From Spirochaetia bacterium (GTDB lineage Bacteria; Spirochaetota; Spirochaetia; SZUA-6; Bin103): a stretch of 64,000 nucleotides of DNA. A program made the translations under genes and the position numbers. The notes beneath the pieces are model-generated. The model worked only from the letters and a program-made list of their open reading frames with translations. It searched no databases and was not told the DNA's origin. Positions 60,214 to 64,000 of this stretch are shown here, one piece after another (position 1 is the first letter of the stretch; each line of letters opens with the position of its first letter). The stretch spans positions 2,208,001 to 2,272,000 of the forward strand of contig OZ241863.1 in assembly GCA_965203055.1 (NCBI GenBank), in the 5' to 3' direction.

Positions 60214-61570
60214 TCACCGGTCTACCGGCGCCTGACGATCCTCGCCAGGGCGCCCGAATCCGGCGCCGGCGTGGCGGTAGCGGTGATGGGCGGCGCACAG
60301 CAGTCGGAGATTGTTCGGCTCGGCGGCGCCGCCGCAGGCATGCGGCACCACGTGATCGATCTGCAGCAGGTGTTGGGAGCCGCAGCGGCGCCCGCTGGTG
60401 CGGTCCACGTAGCGGCAGCGGCCCCCGTCGCGCCGCCACACCTCGCGCTTGACCGCCGCCGGGATGGCGCGGCCGGTCACACCCGTCTTCGCTGCCGAAG
60501 TCCGGGTCCGCGGCGGCGCAGCCGGCGGCGCGCAGGCCGCAGCCGGCCGGCCGAGGCGCCGCGTCTTCGGCGCCGAAGTGGTGTCGGTCGCCGGCTTGGC
60601 TACCGAAGTGTCCGGGCGGTCAGCGGCTGCGTCTCCCGGCTGCGCCGGCGCCTGAGCCGATACCTTCGCCGCCGAAGGAGCGGCGCTGTCCGCGCCGGCC
60701 TCCTGCTTCGCTGCCGAGGCGGCGCCGCGAGCCGAGGCCGCCTGCGTCTTCGGCGCCGAAGTTTGCTCGGCGCCTTTGGCCGGCGCGGCGCGCCGCCCGC
60801 GCGGCGGCCGGGCCGGGTCGTGGCGGTCGAGCCCTTCTCGCACCAGCCGCCCCAGGAGCTGCCCCATCGTCAGGTGCGGATCGACGTGGGAAAGGAGACC
60901 CTTGAGCCGCTCCAAGCCGCGCCGGCACTCATCGTCGATCACCGCCTTGAGCTCCCAGCGCCCGCCGCCCAGGGGCCGCACCCGATCCGCCGGCGGCGCC
61001 AGCTCCGGGTCCACCTCGGCCAGCAACTGCATCACCTCCCGGCTGCTCTTGCCCGACGCCTGCTCCACCAGCTCCCGCCGCGCCTCCGAGTCCAGCACCG
61101 GCGCGGCCGCCGGCTTCCGCTCCGCCGGCCGCAGCGGCGCCGCGCCGTCCTGCGACTGAGCGGCAGCCCCGCACCCGGTCCCGCCCGGCGCGCTACGCGC
61201 CGCGCGCTCCTTCCTGCGCTCCTGCCGGTCGAACGCGTTCTGCAACTGCGCGGCCGCGTTCAGCGTCATCGAGCCATTCTGCAGGCGCTCGCGCACCCCG
61301 TCGACCTCCGAGCAGAGCCGCATCGCCTTGATGCGCCGCCACGCCGCGGCGTCGCTGTAACCCAGTTCGCGCACCGCGTAATCGAACAGGGCTCGAAAAC
61401 CCGCGGCGCAGGTACAGGCGGCGTTTCTGAATCTCGCGCAGGTGGTCGATCACGACCACTTCGAGATGGTGTTCGATGCCGGAAAGTTCCTTGGTCCGCT
61501 CCAGCAGACGGTCGTCTGAGAGAGCGGATACGGTAGTCGTGAACGCCTCGTCAGAGGCATGGTCGTTCAT
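60214..61570 (-). pseudogene. HNH endonuclease with helical (DUF222-like) N-terminus; 1-bp insertion at ~61390
   Basis: HLREIQKRRLY..GFSS | LFDYAVRELGYS; C-terminal IPAAVKREVWRRDGGRC..C..QIDHVVP..GG..NLRLLCAAHH. Confidence 0.85.
60487..60761. repeat. Six copies of the palindromic 14-mer CTTCG-N4-CGAAG in the HNH linker
   Basis: Starts at 60487, 60565, 60595, 60664, 60706, 60748 (two copies have one mismatch). Confidence 0.85.
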
Positions 61571-61576
61571 GGCATA

Positions 61577-61607
61577 AGTATAATCATGGAAACTACTTGA
61601 GTCAAGT
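61577..61607 (-). promoter_or_regulatory. Leaderless promoter of the HNH gene with overlapping palindromic operator
   Basis: TTGACT-17bp-TATACT-6nt-ATG; ACTTGA-G-TCAAGT at 61595-61607 covers the -35. Confidence 0.7.
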
Positions 61608-61683
61608 TATTCGGGCCGGAATATGCCACCTGCTGGCGTGACTCGGCGGGGCATTTCCAAGCGGCTAGCCGTTCCGTCAGATG

Positions 61684-61795
61684 CTACTGGAAGCGGTGGT
61701 ATATCTTGGTCATCCTCCTCGTTGTTGTTTCACCATGAGCGCGGCGCGGTACTCGTAGTACGCCTTTCCGGCAGCTTCGAGGGCGGAATCGGTAC
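61684..61795 (-). pseudogene. Relic of the C-terminal region of a type IIG/Eco57I-like R-M gene
   Basis: Frameshifted DSALEAAGKAYYEYRAALMVK/NNE/MTKIYHRF; recognised from memory of such enzymes, not from a search. Confidence 0.45.
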
Positions 61796-61867
61796 CAATT
61801 CACGGCAAGGGGGCGCACTTCCAATTTGTTGCCAACCTGAGTAACTTTACTCACAAGGTTAATCACG

Positions 61868-63132
61868 ATGGCAGGCATCTTCGAACGCCGTCAGGTAGAC
61901 ACGCTCTGCCGGCGACTCGCCGAACCTCCGAACCGGATCATCGCCCTGTTCGGACCGCGGCGGACGGGCAAGACGACCATTGCGCAGCAGGCGCTGCGCC
62001 GAATCGACCGCCACAGCCGCTACTTGGCGATCGATGAGCCGGACTCCGCCGCAGTCCGCCCGCCGTTCGACACGGCGGACCCGCTGGTCCCGGTATCGCA
62101 CGAGCGGAACGCGCCGTGGCTGGTGCGCAACTGGGAAGCAGCGCGCCTCGAGGCGGAACGGCGGAACGGCTTCGTGCTGGTGCTGGACGAAATTCAGAAG
62201 ATTCCTCAGTGGTCCGCAACGGTCAAGGGATTGTGGGATGCCGACCGTGCCAGAGGCTGCCCGTTGCACGTCGTGATCATCTGTTCCGCGCCGCTGCTGA
62301 TGCAGTCGGGATTGAGCGAGAGCCTGGCCGGCCGCTTCGAGCCGATTCGCGTTACCCATTGGTCGTTCGCGGAAATGGCGGCCGCGTTCGACTTCGACCT
62401 GCAGGACTACCTGTACTACGGCGGCTACCCGGAAGCCGCCGGGCTGATCGGCGACGAGGAGCGCTGGCGCGACTACGTGCTCGGAGCGGTCGTGGAGCCG
62501 AACATCGAGCGCGACATCCTCGCGTTGACGCGGGTCGACAAGCCGGCGCTCCTGAAGCGGCTCTTCGAGTTGGGCGCCGCCTGGTCCGGGCAGATCCTGG
62601 CGTTCAACAAGATGCTCGGCCAACTCGACGACGCCGGCAACACGACCACGCTGGCGCGTACCTCGACCTGCTGGCCGCGGCCGGGCTGGTCGCCGGCCTG
62701 CCGAAATACGTCGGCACCGCGGCCGGGCGCCGCGCCTCCAGTCCCAAGCTCAACGTGCTCAACACCGCCCTGATGACCGCCGGCTCCGGCTACTCCTTCG
62801 ACGAAGCCGCGGCAGACCGGACCTTCCGGGGACGGATCGTCGAGAGCGCGGTTGGCGCCCACCTGTACAACACCGCGGCGTCCAACGTGCGCCTGCACTA
62901 TTGGCGGCACGGTTCGGACGAGGTCGACTTCGTCCTGCAGCGCGGCCCGACACTGGTCGCCATCGAGGTCAAGAGCCACGCCCGGCGCGGCGGTATGGCC
63001 GTTACGCCGGCCGGCATGAAGGCGTTCGAACAGCGGTATCGCCCGCGCCGCTCCCTGCTTGTCGGAGGGGACGGCATACCGCTGGAAGAGTTCCTGACGC
63101 AACCCGCCGGCCATTGGTTCGAAGAAGCATGA
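61868..63132 (+). pseudogene. AAA_14-DUF4143 ATPase with 1-bp deletion at ~62658
   Basis: GPRRTGKT, LDEIQK, GGYPE, NTTTLAR | YLDLL..EVDFVL..IEVKS. Confidence 0.85.
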
Positions 63133-64000
63133 GCCGAATCGTCCCGCGCACCTGCACCGATCTCCGGGCCGCGAACGCTTCCGCGGATGCGTCACTCAGT
63201 CCGGCCGATGCCGGTCAGCCCCTGGAGCGCTTCCGTTCCACCCCCGCCTACGTGTTGCTGGGCGACCCCGGCGCCGGCAAGACCACCGCCTTCAAGTGCG
63301 AACGCGCGGCTCTGGGCGACGAGGCCTGTTACGTAACGGCACGCGACTTCCTGACCTTCGCACCGGCCGACCATCCCGAATGGCGCGACAAGACGCTGTT
63401 CATCGACGGCCTGGACGAAAGCCGCGCCGGAACGCAGGACAAGCGCACGCCGTTCGACCATATCCGCGGGCGGCTCGACCAACTGGGAAAACCGCGCTTC
63501 CGCTTGTCCTGCCGCACGGCCGATTGGCTGGGCACGAACGACCGCCGGCATCTTGCTTCCGTCACGCCGCAAGGCTCGGAGGTAACCGTCCTGCGGCTCG
63601 ACCCGTTGACGGACGCCGATGCCAAGACCGTGCTGGCCGAGCGGTCGGACATCACCGACCCCGATACGTTCATCAGCGATGCCAGAGCGCGCGGTCTCGA
63701 TGGACTGCTGAGCAATCCGCAGAGCCTGGGCCTGCTGGCGAAGGTAGTCGCGCAGAACGGGACTTGGCCGCAGAGCCGGCGGCAGACCTTCGAGGAGGCG
63801 TGCCGGCAGTTGGCGGCCGAGCACAACGAGGAACACCGGGCCGCCGGGCAGCCGCCCGAGGTGGAGGCTGCGCTGGACGCCGCCGGGCGTCTGTGCGCGA
63901 TGCTCCTCATCACCGGCAGCGCCGGCTTCACGACCGACCAGGATCACCCGGACGGCGACTATCTGGACATCGACCAGTGCGCGCATGACTCGTGCGCCGC
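63129..64000 (+). CDS. STAND/NACHT-like NTPase (partial)
   Basis: Hand translation from ATG 63129: YVLLGDPGAGKT, LFIDGLDE, LSCR, GLLSNPQSL; ATGA overlap with upstream gene. Confidence 0.8.
   Translation, partial: MSRIVPRTCTDLRAANASADASLSPADAGQPLERFRSTPAYVLLGDPGAGKTTAFKCERAALGDEACYVTARDFLTFAPADHPEWRDKTLFIDGLDESRAGTQDKRTPFDHIRGRLDQLGKPRFRLSCRTADWLGTNDRRHLASVTPQGSEVTVLRLDPLTDADAKTVLAERSDITDPDTFISDARARGLDGLLSNPQSLGLLAKVVAQNGTWPQSRRQTFEEACRQLAAEHNEEHRAAGQPPEVEAALDAAGRLCAMLLITGSAGFTTDQDHPDGDYLDIDQCAHDSCA

Noticed and set aside
61385..61402. Programmed frameshift at GGG TTT TCG in the HNH gene
   Set aside because: Removing one C restores GFSSLFDY; a simple indel or sequencing error is more parsimonious

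Overview
High-GC bacterial DNA. The 'FGGGAEE'-type leader of the solute-binding protein and the many stand-alone AAA ATPases weakly suggest a host-associated spirochaete (inference only). Positions 1-2.9 kb hold an M20 peptidase-gpgS-enolase-family operon. From 3 to 22.6 kb lies a dense defence island: an Rpn nuclease with an intragenic small ORF; a GHKL/MORC ATPase-REase fusion plus methyltransferase; an AbiJ-like HEPN protein; a type III R-M (mod...res) with an ABC-ATPase + TOPRIM-like pair inserted between the two; a second ATPase + DUF3226 pair; and a 562-bp dinB direct repeat enclosing a small ORF + catalytically dead ImmA/IrrE-like gene. Short degenerate pieces of mod and res sit at cassette junctions, suggesting the island grew by repeated duplication and collapse around the type III locus. 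The rest is mostly metabolism and transport (GH116, MacB-type ABC exporter, glycerate kinase, Dpp-type importer + sulfatase, IlvD-like dehydratase, hisIG, MFS). It is interrupted by an islet with an orphan hsdS, a membrane protein with an RpnS-like internal start plus a tandem mini-copy, and a methyltransferase with a G15 tract. The window ends with a frameshifted HNH gene containing six palindromic DNA repeats, a frameshifted AAA_14-DUF4143 gene and a partial STAND/NACHT NTPase. No rRNA, tRNA, CRISPR array or recognisable IS transposase was seen. Family calls come from motif recognition, not database searches.
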